Source: Chloroflexota bacterium (GTDB taxonomy: Bacteria; Chloroflexota; Limnocylindria; Limnocylindrales; CSP1-4). From it: a stretch of DNA of 48,669 nucleotides. Below the pieces are notes generated by a model. That model had not been told where the DNA came from, did no database searches, and worked only from the letters and a program-made list of their open reading frames with translations. This document shows positions 34,818 through 43,640 of the stretch, piece after piece (the first letter of the stretch is position 1; each line of letters opens with the position of its first letter). Both the position numbers and the translations under genes were made by a program. Location: positions 1-48,669 of the forward strand of contig JANLSG010000125.1 of assembly GCA_031362295.1 (NCBI GenBank), read 5' to 3'.

Positions 34818-35310
34818 ATGACGCGCGATCCGACACGTCAAGACCGCGCGAACCGGCCTCGGCCGTGCTGTAGCGTTCGCCGGGAACGCATTCGAACACG
34901 GCACGGCGCATGAAGTCGCCGGCTTCGCGGGGGTCGCCCTCTGGTTTCCGCCTGGTGTTGGCTCCGATGATGCAGCGTTCTCGGCGCTGCTCGAGGAGGT
35001 CGCGACCGACTCGAATCGGGACGATCTCGACGGCTTCTTCGGCCAGATGGGCGACCTCCATCCGACGTTCGACCACTGGTACCTACTGCTTGCGGGCGTC
35101 GATCCACCCGCGCAGGGCCATGGCCTGGGCTCGACCCTGCTCAGGCACGCGTTCGAAACGTGTGACCGCGACGGCCTGCCCGCGTACCTCGAAGCGACCG
35201 CGCCGCGCAATCGCGACATGTATGCGCGCCACAGGTTCGACGAGATCGGCGTGATCCAGCAGGGCGGGTCGCCGCCGATGTGGCGAATGCTCCGCCAGCC
35301 CCGCCATCTT
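34818..35310 (+). pseudogene. GNAT-family N-acetyltransferase, apparently frameshifted after codon 3 and lacking its own stop
   Basis: ATG 34818 is in frame 0 (MTRD...). GNAT similarity and high GC3 run in frame +1 from about 34822 (IRHVKTA...GVALWFPPG...HWYLLLAGVDPPAQGHGLGSTLL...LPAYLEATAPRN...PMWRMLRQP). That frame has no start codon before ATG 35047. Confidence 0.45.
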
Positions 35311-35391
35311 CGATGGGCCTGCGCGGGCCGTCGAATGCGCGCGAACCGTCGCCGCGGAGGTGCAGGCGCTAGGAATCTCCATCAGGGCTGG

Positions 35392-35481
35392 GTGTCACGT
35401 GCGGGTCCATCCGAAGTGCTGGTCACCTCAACGGTCTGGGATCTCGTCGCCGGCTCTGGCCTGGAGTTCGCAGACAGCGGA
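35392..35481 (+). pseudogene. About 30-codon relic of the C-terminal end of a class III adenylate/guanylate cyclase domain
   Basis: VSRAGPSEVLVTSTVWDLVAGSGLEFADSG matches the conserved A.PGEVLVS.TV.DLVAGSG.EFEDRG end of cyclase homology domains. The rest of the domain is absent. Confidence 0.35.
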
Positions 35482-35539
35482 GATTCGTCATCCCATCTCA
35501 TTCGAATGGGATCGTGCGGCCCCAAGAGGCGATGGGGAA

Positions 35540-35575
35540 GTGGAGCGGGAGAAGGGTCTCGACCGCTGGCCCTTC
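35540..35575 (-). repeat. Partial copy of the tRNA-Gly 3' end (att-like direct repeat)
   Basis: GTGGAGCGGGAGAAGGGTCTCGA (35540-35562) is identical to 39646-39668, which spans the T-loop through CCA plus 1 nt. Nine of the next 13 nt also match. Confidence 0.8.
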
Positions 35576-35584
35576 CCGGCTCGG

Positions 35585-38500
35585 CTAACGGATACCGATC
35601 GTGAGGGTGTGCGTTGGCTGAAGCGTCAGGTAGGGATTAACGATCGCGGTCCCGGCGACACTCGCCTTCAGCTCGTAGAGGGCCGCGGCGGTGAGGCCCT
35701 TTGTCCCGAGATTGAAGATGAACTGGTGGGAGGTCGCGTCGTACCGGAAGCAACTTCCCGTATTCGGTGTGGAGCTGGTGACAACCTCATCGACAGGTGG
35801 CGCGGTACCAGACGTCCTCGACAGCGAGATCGTCGCACCACAAGCCGTCGCGATGGAGGATGCTGCGGTATCGAGGATCGAAGCTCCGTTCGCATAGGCG
35901 AGGGCGAACTTCACGGGGATCGTTGAGCCTCCCTTGAAGACGCTCATCGGGTTCAGCGCGGAGATCGGGTCGTTCAGCGGCTGGTAGAACCCTATGAACC
36001 TGTATCCCACCGTGACCGTGAACGACGCCGAGAAGGGGACTCCGGATACGTCGATCGCTCCGCACTGGACTGTCGTCGTGCCGATCGGGAACACCGTGCC
36101 TGAGGCTGGGGCGCAGACGGATGTGACCATTCCGCCGTTGGAGTCCGTCGCGGTGACTCCGAACGTGACGACCGCGCCCGAGGAGCCGGTCGCGACCGCG
36201 AGCACCGGGGATGGGACGGACAGGACTGGGATCCTGGTCGCCAGAGCGAACGGTGAGAGCGAAGTCGTGGTTCCGCAGACCATCTGGTTGACCGCGTCCA
36301 CGGTGGTCGTGATGTCGACCCAGGCACCACCTACGTAGTGGAGGAGGTTCGTTGGTGAAGGGGTGACGCCAGCGTACGAAAGGCAAACGGTGATCGTCCC
36401 GCTGTACGTCGCCGTGGTCGTGATGTCGTAGAAGGTCGGCGGACTGCCGATCTGGTAGCCGATCGGCAGCGCCGGTTCCGTGGAGCTCGTCGTGAGCAGC
36501 GACGCTCCCGCCACCGTGACCGTCCCGAAGGTCACGGTGGCCTGGGCCGTCCCGTCCGGGGACGCCGGCTCGACGACGACGCCCGCACCGGGCGGCGTAT
36601 ACCCGAGTGGCCGAACGGTGACGGTCGTGCAGGAGGTTCCATCGCTGATATTTCCGACCCCGTCGGCTGCGCGAACGCAGGCGGTATGGATCCCCGCTGA
36701 CAGAGCTTCGAAACCTGCGACCCGCGCCGGTGTCGGTCTGCCGAACGTCATGTTCCCATCGCCGAGTTGACCAAAGTAGTTGGAGCCCCAACAGTCGACT
36801 ACGCCCGAAGCGAGCAACGCACACGTGAGCTGGTCGCCAGCCGTGATCGACCGAACCCCAAGGAGTGCCTGGACGGCCACGGGTACGAGCCGGACGGTTT
36901 GCGTGCCGTCGCCGACTTCTCCATGGCCGTTGCGACCCCAGCATCTGACGGCCGTGTCGGCCAGGAGCGCGCATGTGTGGGCGTCGCCGGCAGCGACGTC
37001 GACCGCGCCCGAGAGGCCCACGGGGGCGACGGGGATGAGTCGATCCGTCGTCGATCCGTCGCCGAGCTGACCGGCGAAATTCGCACCCCAGCACCGGACG
37101 GTGCCGTCGTCGAGCAACGCGCAGGCGTGGGTCACCCCCGCCGAGATCTCGGCGACACCTGCCAGACCATCAACCGCGACGGGGATGAGCCGATCCGTCG
37201 TCGTCCCGTCGCCGAGCTCACCATGGTAATTCGAGCCCCAGCAGCGCCCGGTGCGATCGGCGAGTACCGCGCACGTGTAATACGGACCTGCCGAGATGGA
37301 TGTCGCACCAGCGATGCCCAGGACCGCGACCGGGGCTGATCGTTGGTTCGTTGTTCCGTCGCCCAGCGCGCCAGCGTCGTTGCGACCCCAGCACCACACG
37401 AAGCCACCACCGTCCAGCGCGCAGGTGTCCCAGTAGCTTGCGGTGATTGCGCGGATGCCCGTCAGGCCGACGACCGTGCTCGGACTGAGGTGTTCGATCG
37501 TCGTCCCGTCGCCGAGCTGGCCGGTGCTGTTGTCGCCCCAGCAACTGACGGTGCGATCGCCGAGGAGCGCACATGAGTGGCGGTAACCCACGGCGATCGC
37601 GAGGACATTGGATAGGCCCGCGACCGGCACAGAGAGGCTGCGGTCAACCTTCGTCCCGTCGCCGAGCTGGCCACCCGAGTTCTCGCCCCAGCACCGAACG
37701 TTGCGATCCGCGGTCAGCGCGCACGTATGCGTGACTCGCGCCACAACATCGATGGCGGACGCTCCGTAGGTCCGGCTGACGGCCTCACTCGTCCCGCCGA
37801 AGGCACCATCGGCAGCACCCATCTGCATCCATGGTCCACCGTCCACGCTGAGGTGCGCCCAGGCAACCGCCGTCGCGTCAGTCGCGATGGCCGTTGCGCT
37901 GAGGGCCCCGCCGAAGGCTGACGGGTTTGGCGCGAGCTGGAGGGCCGTCACCACGGGTGGCAACCCGTCGACAACGAGTCCCGAGCACGAACTGCCCGGG
38001 CTGACGTTGCCGGTACTGTCCGTCGCCCAGACGCACACCGTGTATGCCCCGGCAACAGAGAGCGCGGTGATCGAGGCGGTCAGCGCCTCGCTGGTCCCTC
38101 CAAAGACTCCGTCGACGGCCGTCATGGCGGTGGAACCGAAGTTGAGGGCATCGAGGGCCGGGTCGCGGGCGCCGATCGCGTACGTTGCGAGACTTGAACC
38201 CGTCGTCTCCCAGTTCCAGGCGACGAAGCCGGCCACGCCGGCGGCCATCTGGTCCGCGCGCTTCGCGGCCAGGAGGGTCGCGCGACCCGCATATCCGCCG
38301 GCGAGGTTCGGGATGATCCCGGCCTCCCCGACGAAGATGGGCTTGTTCAGCTCGCCGCACTGGCTGATTCGCCTGACAAGGCCGTTGAATGTGTCGGCCG
38401 GCAGGCTGACGGTGGGGCTCGTGTAGTCGTGGTACTCGCAGAGGTCGATCGTTGCGACGTCGTGGACGGTCTTGTACTGATCCCCAACGGCTCCGCACTG

Positions 38501-39457
38501 TCCACTGCCGATTGTGCCCAGACTCACGAGATGGCTCGGGTCGAGGGACTTGACCATGCCAGAAACGTCGGCCGCGAAGTTCTTCAGGATCGTCGCTCGG
38601 AGGTTGCCCTCGGCGTTCGCCGGGTTACTCGGATCGCCGTGCGCCGGGCAGGCCTCGCTGGAAGTTGTCCGGACCTCGGCTTCGTTCACGAGTTGCCAGA
38701 ACGCGATCCGAGGATCGCCGCTGTAGCGCGTGACGACGTCATGGACGTAGTCTCGATAGGCCTTGTAGAGCCCGGGACCCGGCGTCGTCTTGTAGCCGTC
38801 GACATACCACTGCTTCGTCTTGAACGAACCTGGCATGACATCGAGGCCGTCCCCGCACTCGCCCCATTGGTTCGTGAGGGTCGCAATCACCTTCAGGCCG
38901 TGCGCGTCGGCGACGGCTAGGGTGTGGTCGAAGGCCGACCAGTCGTATGCACTGCCCGCACCGATCGTCGGCTGGGCGAGGTTCTGGAAGAACCAGGAGC
39001 GCATGACCTGCTTGCCGGCACCCCATTGGTCGAGCGTCGAGCTGAGCGCGGGTCCGGACCCCAGATTCGTGCCGGTGCAGCCGGTGTTGCGGACGTTGCT
39101 GGCGTTGTAGAGGTTGAGGCCCGTGAAGCGGTATGGCAGGCCGTCGAGGGTCAGCTGCGTGCCGTTCCGTCCCACGACTCCGCTATTGCTGCGTCTGACG
39201 GTGACCTGAGCCGAGACGATGCCACCGTCATCGGTGGCGGTCGCGGTGATTCCCGTGATGGGACCGCCGATTGCCACCGTCGACGGGACCAAAACAGGCG
39301 TCGTGAGCGAGGGCGGTGTCGTGTCGAGCGCACGGACTACCGAGACTGGCGACATGGTGCCGATAATGAGCCCGACGATGGCAGCTACCGTGAGCCTCGC
39401 GGGAAGCCGGTGCCACGAACCGCTACGGCCCGTCCGTGCAGGCGGCTGCTTGGACAT
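35585..39457 (-). CDS. Large secreted multidomain protein: signal peptide, Ig-like, GH5 glycoside hydrolase (mannanase/cellulase-type), Ig-like x2, seven RCC1 repeats, HYR-like and C-terminal PxKF domain
   Basis: The signal is RLPARLTVAAIVGLIIGTMSPVSVVRA. GH5 motifs are FWQLVNEAE and GFVAWNWE. There are seven CWGxNxxGQLGDG repeats. The HYR-like segment is VVTFGVTATDSNGG..CAPASGTVFPIGTTTVQC, and STIPVKF is the PxKF motif. The start is set at ATG 39457 (MSKQPP). Confidence 0.88.
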   Translation of the reverse strand: MSKQPPARTGRSGSWHRLPARLTVAAIVGLIIGTMSPVSVVRALDTTPPSLTTPVLVPSTVAIGGPITGITATATDDGGIVSAQVTVRRSNSGVVGRNGTQLTLDGLPYRFTGLNLYNASNVRNTGCTGTNLGSGPALSSTLDQWGAGKQVMRSWFFQNLAQPTIGAGSAYDWSAFDHTLAVADAHGLKVIATLTNQWGECGDGLDVMPGSFKTKQWYVDGYKTTPGPGLYKAYRDYVHDVVTRYSGDPRIAFWQLVNEAEVRTTSSEACPAHGDPSNPANAEGNLRATILKNFAADVSGMVKSLDPSHLVSLGTIGSGQCGAVGDQYKTVHDVATIDLCEYHDYTSPTVSLPADTFNGLVRRISQCGELNKPIFVGEAGIIPNLAGGYAGRATLLAAKRADQMAAGVAGFVAWNWETTGSSLATYAIGARDPALDALNFGSTAMTAVDGVFGGTSEALTASITALSVAGAYTVCVWATDSTGNVSPGSSCSGLVVDGLPPVVTALQLAPNPSAFGGALSATAIATDATAVAWAHLSVDGGPWMQMGAADGAFGGTSEAVSRTYGASAIDVVARVTHTCALTADRNVRCWGENSGGQLGDGTKVDRSLSVPVAGLSNVLAIAVGYRHSCALLGDRTVSCWGDNSTGQLGDGTTIEHLSPSTVVGLTGIRAITASYWDTCALDGGGFVWCWGRNDAGALGDGTTNQRSAPVAVLGIAGATSISAGPYYTCAVLADRTGRCWGSNYHGELGDGTTTDRLIPVAVDGLAGVAEISAGVTHACALLDDGTVRCWGANFAGQLGDGSTTDRLIPVAPVGLSGAVDVAAGDAHTCALLADTAVRCWGRNGHGEVGDGTQTVRLVPVAVQALLGVRSITAGDQLTCALLASGVVDCWGSNYFGQLGDGNMTFGRPTPARVAGFEALSAGIHTACVRAADGVGNISDGTSCTTVTVRPLGYTPPGAGVVVEPASPDGTAQATVTFGTVTVAGASLLTTSSTEPALPIGYQIGSPPTFYDITTTATYSGTITVCLSYAGVTPSPTNLLHYVGGAWVDITTTVDAVNQMVCGTTTSLSPFALATRIPVLSVPSPVLAVATGSSGAVVTFGVTATDSNGGMVTSVCAPASGTVFPIGTTTVQCGAIDVSGVPFSASFTVTVGYRFIGFYQPLNDPISALNPMSVFKGGSTIPVKFALAYANGASILDTAASSIATACGATISLSRTSGTAPPVDEVVTSSTPNTGSCFRYDATSHQFIFNLGTKGLTAAALYELKASVAGTAIVNPYLTLQPTHTLTIGIR
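36708..37735 (-). repeat. Seven tandem coding repeats of ~150 bp (RCC1 blades), visible at DNA level
   Basis: CCGTCGCCGAGCTG-type cores recur on the plus strand near 36755, 37060, 37207, 37505 and 37655. The protein motif CWGxNxxGxLGDG occurs seven times. Confidence 0.7.
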
Positions 39458-39646
39458 CGAGACACCTTCGCCGGGTTGACGCGCGTCACGGGATGGGACG
39501 CAGACATGGCGCCCGTCAGGGACGGTGCGAGCGCACGTTCGCCGCATGGGCGATCTCACGAGCGCTTACGTCGAGCCTTGAACGAGGGTCGACGGCACGG
39601 TGCGCCACGGTGCACGCCGATGTCAAGTGACCGATTACAGGCGGGG

Positions 39647-39722
39647 TGGAGCGGGAGAAGGGTCTCGAACCCTCGACCTTCTGCTTGGGAAGCAGACGCT
39701 CTGCCAACTGAGCTACTCCCGC
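39647..39722 (-). tRNA. tRNA-Gly (anticodon CCC), CCA encoded
   Basis: The reverse complement is GCGGGAG-TA-GCTC-AGTTGGCA-GAGC-G-TCTGC-TTCCCAA-GCAGA-AGGTC-GAGGG-TTCGAGA-CCCTT-CTCCCGC-T-CCA. All four stems pair and the length is 76 nt. Confidence 0.95.
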
Positions 39723-39766
39723 TCGGGAGTCCCGAATTCTAGCGGGCGAGCGCTGAGCGAGCGTGG

Positions 39767-40258
39767 TCAGGGGGTGGCCATGTCCGCCGTGACGGCCGCG
39801 ATCTCCGCGGGGGTGAGGTGCGCTCGCCCCGCGTCGAGAAGGAGCCGTTCGACGGTTCGACCCTCGTCAACGCGGTGCTGGCGCGGCCCGACGCCGGGAG
39901 GAGCGACCGTCCCCTGAAAAGCGACGACGGTTTCATCGGCCAATCCGGCTCGCCTGATCACGAGGGTGAAGCCGTGGTATCCGAGTCCACCCACCGGTGG
40001 CTCGCCGACGCGGACAGGGAGTGCCGAGATGGCCCCGATGACCAGCGATACCTCGGCGTCCGTGAGGTCCCACGATGGGTCTGGGCGACCGGAGTAGATG
40101 CCGAGGGTGACCATGACGTGCGCCTGCGCCGTTGGCCCGCTGCAGCCGGCCAGGGTGAGCGCCAGAAGGGCGACAACGATCGACACTGCCAAACCGAGCC
40201 CGCCGGCGAGGATCTCATTCTGGCCCGAACTGTCGAAGCGATCCGATGCTGCCGTCAT
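39767..40258 (-). CDS. Hypothetical lipoprotein
   Basis: The lipobox is LTLAGC. It lies 4 nt downstream of the SIMPL gene stop, so is probably co-transcribed. No family was recognised. Confidence 0.6.
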   Translation of the reverse strand: MTAASDRFDSSGQNEILAGGLGLAVSIVVALLALTLAGCSGPTAQAHVMVTLGIYSGRPDPSWDLTDAEVSLVIGAISALPVRVGEPPVGGLGYHGFTLVIRRAGLADETVVAFQGTVAPPGVGPRQHRVDEGRTVERLLLDAGRAHLTPAEIAAVTADMATP

Positions 40259-40262
40259 GTTC

Positions 40263-41060
40263 TCAGCCTATGAGGTACACGACCGAGACGGTTACCGTGA
40301 CCTCGGTGGAGCCTGGCTGTACAGGCGTCTGGACGTCCTTGCCCGGGGCGCCGGCTGCCCCGTAGCCGTAGTACACGGGGTACGGGACCGGCGCGACCGT
40401 CTCGCTAATCGAGGCGACGCCGGAGATCGACACGCCGGCTGCGTCGGCGAGCGTCTTCGCCTTGGCCTTCGCCTGGTCCATCGCGGCCTGGCGCGCCTGC
40501 TGCTCGGCGGCCGTCTGGTCGGCGACCCGGAACGAGACGCCATCGAGGCTCGTCGCGCCCGCGGCGAGGGCGTCGTCGATCGCGTCGCCCAGCTTCTCGA
40601 GGTCGCGAACTGTGACCGCGACTGCGTTCGAGAGCTGATACCCAGTAAGGCGTGGCGGGTTCGTGTTGAGGCTGTAGTCGTAGACCGGCTGCAGCGAAAG
40701 CGCCGTCGTCTGGATGTCCTTGTCGGCGATGCCGAGGTTCTTAAGGCTGGCAATGACCGCGGTCATCGAGGTCGCAGCGGCGGCTCGAGCGGCCTTCACG
40801 GTCTTCGCCGTGGAGCTGACCCCGAGGCGAAGGTCCGCGGTGTCCGGGCTCAGGACGATGCGCCCGGTGCCGGAGACCGCGATGGTGTGCTCGTTCGCGC
40901 CGGTGGGGTCAACGGCCAGGGTCGGTCGCGCGGAGAGCAACGGTCCTGCGAGGACCGCGGCCAGCATGCCGAGTGCCAGGCCCGTCGCGAGCCAGCCGGT
41001 TCGTGACGCCGGGAGCGGCAAGGGGATCGAGATCGTTCGGGAAGGCATCGCGGGCTCCAT
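40263..41060 (-). CDS. SIMPL (DUF541, BP26-like) domain protein with N-terminal signal/TM
   Basis: Motifs are GWLATGLALGMLAAVLAG, VSGTGRIVLSPDTADLRLGV, NTNPPRLTGY and QPGSTEVTVTVSVVY. The start is ATG 41060 or 41048. Confidence 0.85.
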   Translation of the reverse strand: MEPAMPSRTISIPLPLPASRTGWLATGLALGMLAAVLAGPLLSARPTLAVDPTGANEHTIAVSGTGRIVLSPDTADLRLGVSSTAKTVKAARAAAATSMTAVIASLKNLGIADKDIQTTALSLQPVYDYSLNTNPPRLTGYQLSNAVAVTVRDLEKLGDAIDDALAAGATSLDGVSFRVADQTAAEQQARQAAMDQAKAKAKTLADAAGVSISGVASISETVAPVPYPVYYGYGAAGAPGKDVQTPVQPGSTEVTVTVSVVYLIG

Positions 41061-41147
41061 CCGTTGGTCGATGCGGCGTATCCGGCCGCGTGGCCCGGAG
41101 ACGCCGTCGGATGGCGAGCGGTTTCGCGATGGCGCCCGCGGGCGCGG

Positions 41148-42116
41148 TCAACCGGGGCCGGCAACGCCCTCGACGCCGCGAATGAAGTCGATCAGGCCCG
41201 CGTAGTACGTCTCCTGGTCGTCGTACATCGCCATGTGGCTGCCGTTCGGGCAGTGCAGGTACGAGCCGCGCGGCAGCTTCGTGGCCTGCATCCGCATCCA
41301 CGCGGGGTCCATCGTGTCGTGCTCGGCACCGATGACGAGTGTCGGCACATTGATCCGCTGGAGGTCCTCCGTCCGGTCCCAGGTCATCAGCACGCCGCCG
41401 GCGCCGAGCTCGCTCGGGCCTTGCATCGGCACGTAGATCGACTGGTTGATCGCCGCGAACGCCCGGTTCACCGGGTCCGGCCACTCGTCCAGCGGTCGGC
41501 GCAGGACGTGGTGGACGTAGTGGTGCTCGTTCAGGAGCTCCATGTACCGCGGATCATCCGTGGTGCCGGTCGCCTCATAGCCCTTGATCTCCATGAGGAC
41601 GCCCTGGTCCATCGACGGCATGAGGACCCGCTCGGCGTACGCGTTGTACGCAGGCCCGCTGCTCATCATGTTCGAGATTACGAGGCCCTTGAGGTGCTCC
41701 TGGTGGGCGAGCGCGTACTCGATCGCGAGCATGCCGCCCCACGAGTGTCCAAGCAGGTAGAAGTTGTCGCGGTCCAGGCCGAGCGCGATCCGGACCTGCT
41801 CCACCTCATCGACGAAGCGCGGGATCGTCCACAGCTCCGGATCGTCCGGCTGGTCGCTCCACGCGGAGCCGAGCTGGTCGTAGTAGTAGTACTCGATACC
41901 GGCGGCCGGCAGGAACGAGTCACTCGCCTCGAAGTACTCGTGCGTCGCGCCGGGTCCACCGTGCAGGAGCAGCAGCTTGACGCTCGGGTTGTTCCCGACG
42001 CGCTTCGTCCAGACCCGGAACTCGCCCTTCGGGGTGGTGATCGGGATCATGCGCACGCCGCCGGACCAGGCGTCGTCGCGCCCGGTGCTGTCGAGATAGC
42101 CCGCTGGCGGCTGCAT
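41148..42116 (-). CDS. Proline iminopeptidase-family alpha/beta hydrolase
   Basis: Motifs are KLLLLHGGPGATHEYF, the nucleophile elbow LGHSWGG and a C-terminal GSHMAMYDD. Confidence 0.85.
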   Translation of the reverse strand: MQPPAGYLDSTGRDDAWSGGVRMIPITTPKGEFRVWTKRVGNNPSVKLLLLHGGPGATHEYFEASDSFLPAAGIEYYYYDQLGSAWSDQPDDPELWTIPRFVDEVEQVRIALGLDRDNFYLLGHSWGGMLAIEYALAHQEHLKGLVISNMMSSGPAYNAYAERVLMPSMDQGVLMEIKGYEATGTTDDPRYMELLNEHHYVHHVLRRPLDEWPDPVNRAFAAINQSIYVPMQGPSELGAGGVLMTWDRTEDLQRINVPTLVIGAEHDTMDPAWMRMQATKLPRGSYLHCPNGSHMAMYDDQETYYAGLIDFIRGVEGVAGPG

Positions 42117-42120
42117 CAGG

Positions 42121-43635
42121 TCAGCCTAGGCCGTGCACGATGTCGCGCGTCGAGCGGTACAGCTCGCCAAACGCCACATATCGACGGTCGTGCGCCGCGC
42201 GCATCTCCGGCCGCGGCCGGATCACCCGATCCACCGACATCCACGCGCCGATTCCGTCGCGCTGCACGAGCCCCGCCGCAAGTCCCGCGAGCAACGCGTC
42301 GCCGCGCGCGGCGCCGATCGTCGCGCCCGGGATCTCCTGTTCGATCCCCGTCGCGTCCGACACCAGCTGGAGCAGCAGCGGATCCGCGGTCCCGCCGCCG
42401 ACCGCGACCACCCGCAGGATCGGCGCGCCCAGCGCCCGCATCGCCTCGAGGTTTGTGCGCGTGGCGTAGGCGATTCCGCGCAGGAGCGCGAGGTACAGGT
42501 CGCCGCGAGACGAGCCCAGCGACAGACCCGCCGCGACGCCCCGCGCCAGCGGGTCGTTGATCGGCGTGCGCTCGCCCGAGAAATAGGGGAGGAACAGCAG
42601 GTCCTCGCCGGCTCCGGCCTCCGCTGCGGCCGCCTCCGCCGAGAGCGCCGCGAACGCGGAAGGCCCGCCGCGCTGCTCCGCCGCGATCAGATCCGGTGCG
42701 AGCTGGTCCCGGAACCACGCCAGCGCCGAGCCGCCGGTCGCGAGCCCGGCGGCGAGCGCCCATTGCCCGCGTTCCGCGCCCGCGGTCAGCCAAAGCGACC
42801 CAGCCTCGACCGCGGTATCGGTGACCAGGATGAAGAACGTCGTGCTGCCGTACATGACCATGAGGTCGCCCGGCCGCGAGACGCCGACGCTCACGCCCTC
42901 CGCGAGGGCGTCGACCGTCCCGACGGCGACCGGCACGCCCGCCGGCAACCCCGTCTCGGTCGCCGCCTTCGCCGTCACGACGCCCGCGATGTCGGCGGGC
43001 CAGCCAATCGTCGGGAGGCGGTCGATGGAGGTGATCCCGTCGGCGAATCGGTCGGACCAGCCGATGGTGTGGCGATCGAACAACGGGTTCCAGTGCGACG
43101 CCGTGTGTGCGTCGATGACCATCGAGTCCGTCAGCCGGTGGACGAGGTAGGTGGTGGCCGTGACGAACCATCGCGCCGCCGCGTGGACCTCCGCCTCGTG
43201 CTCGGCCAGCCAGGCGATCTTCGGGCCTGTGGCCTGGCTCGAGAGGTCCATGCCGGACCACGTCGCCAGCGTTTCGGCGCCGTGGCGCGCTTCCAGCGCC
43301 GCGATCTGCGCGGTCGCCCGCGTATCGACGCCGTACAGGATCGCGCGCCGCAGTGGGCGCCCGGCCGCATCCAGTGGGAGCACCGTCGGACCGATGGCGC
43401 TGACCCCGACCCCGCCGATGCGATCGCCTGTCGGCACCGCGGCGACGAGCCGCCCCGCGATGGAGCACACGTCGGCCCACCAGACAGCGTCCGCGTCCTG
43501 CTCGGCCCAGCCGGAGCGGGGCACGTCCATCCCGTGCTCCGCCCGCGCCTCCGCGACCAGCGAGCCGTCCGGGCGCAGGAGGACGCCCTTGGAGCTCTGC
43601 GTCCCGACATCGATGCCGACGAGGAGCTCGCCCAC
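42121..43635 (-). CDS. FGGY-family carbohydrate kinase
   Basis: A GTG start gives VGELLVGIDVGTQSSKGVLL. FGGY N- and C-domain motifs are present (GGGTADPLLLQLVSDATG). The upstream 247 aa of the ORF are rejected. Confidence 0.88.
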   Translation of the reverse strand: MGELLVGIDVGTQSSKGVLLRPDGSLVAEARAEHGMDVPRSGWAEQDADAVWWADVCSIAGRLVAAVPTGDRIGGVGVSAIGPTVLPLDAAGRPLRRAILYGVDTRATAQIAALEARHGAETLATWSGMDLSSQATGPKIAWLAEHEAEVHAAARWFVTATTYLVHRLTDSMVIDAHTASHWNPLFDRHTIGWSDRFADGITSIDRLPTIGWPADIAGVVTAKAATETGLPAGVPVAVGTVDALAEGVSVGVSRPGDLMVMYGSTTFFILVTDTAVEAGSLWLTAGAERGQWALAAGLATGGSALAWFRDQLAPDLIAAEQRGGPSAFAALSAEAAAAEAGAGEDLLFLPYFSGERTPINDPLARGVAAGLSLGSSRGDLYLALLRGIAYATRTNLEAMRALGAPILRVVAVGGGTADPLLLQLVSDATGIEQEIPGATIGAARGDALLAGLAAGLVQRDGIGAWMSVDRVIRPRPEMRAAHDRRYVAFGELYRSTRDIVHGLG

Positions 43636-43640
43636 GTCCG

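Larger units (their letters stand above)
35563..39646. mobile_element. Candidate integrase-less genomic islet bounded by tRNA-Gly and its partial 3' copy
   Basis: Direct repeats lie at both ends and the cargo is a single gene. No recombinase gene is visible, so mobility is only inferred. Confidence 0.3.

Noticed and set aside
35047-35604. A 185-aa ORF could be read as an intact gene, a GNAT C-terminus plus extension.
   Set aside because: It lacks the GNAT N-terminal half in frame. Its extension is a cyclase fragment plus a tRNA-derived sequence. It is better explained as a composite relic (see the pseudogene calls).
35563-39646. I looked for a compositional (GC3/codon) anomaly in the tRNA-bracketed islet as support for horizontal origin.
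   Set aside because: By eye the giant gene uses only slightly more A/T-ending codons than the PBP gene I sampled. The difference is too small to claim without computation, so it is not used as evidence.
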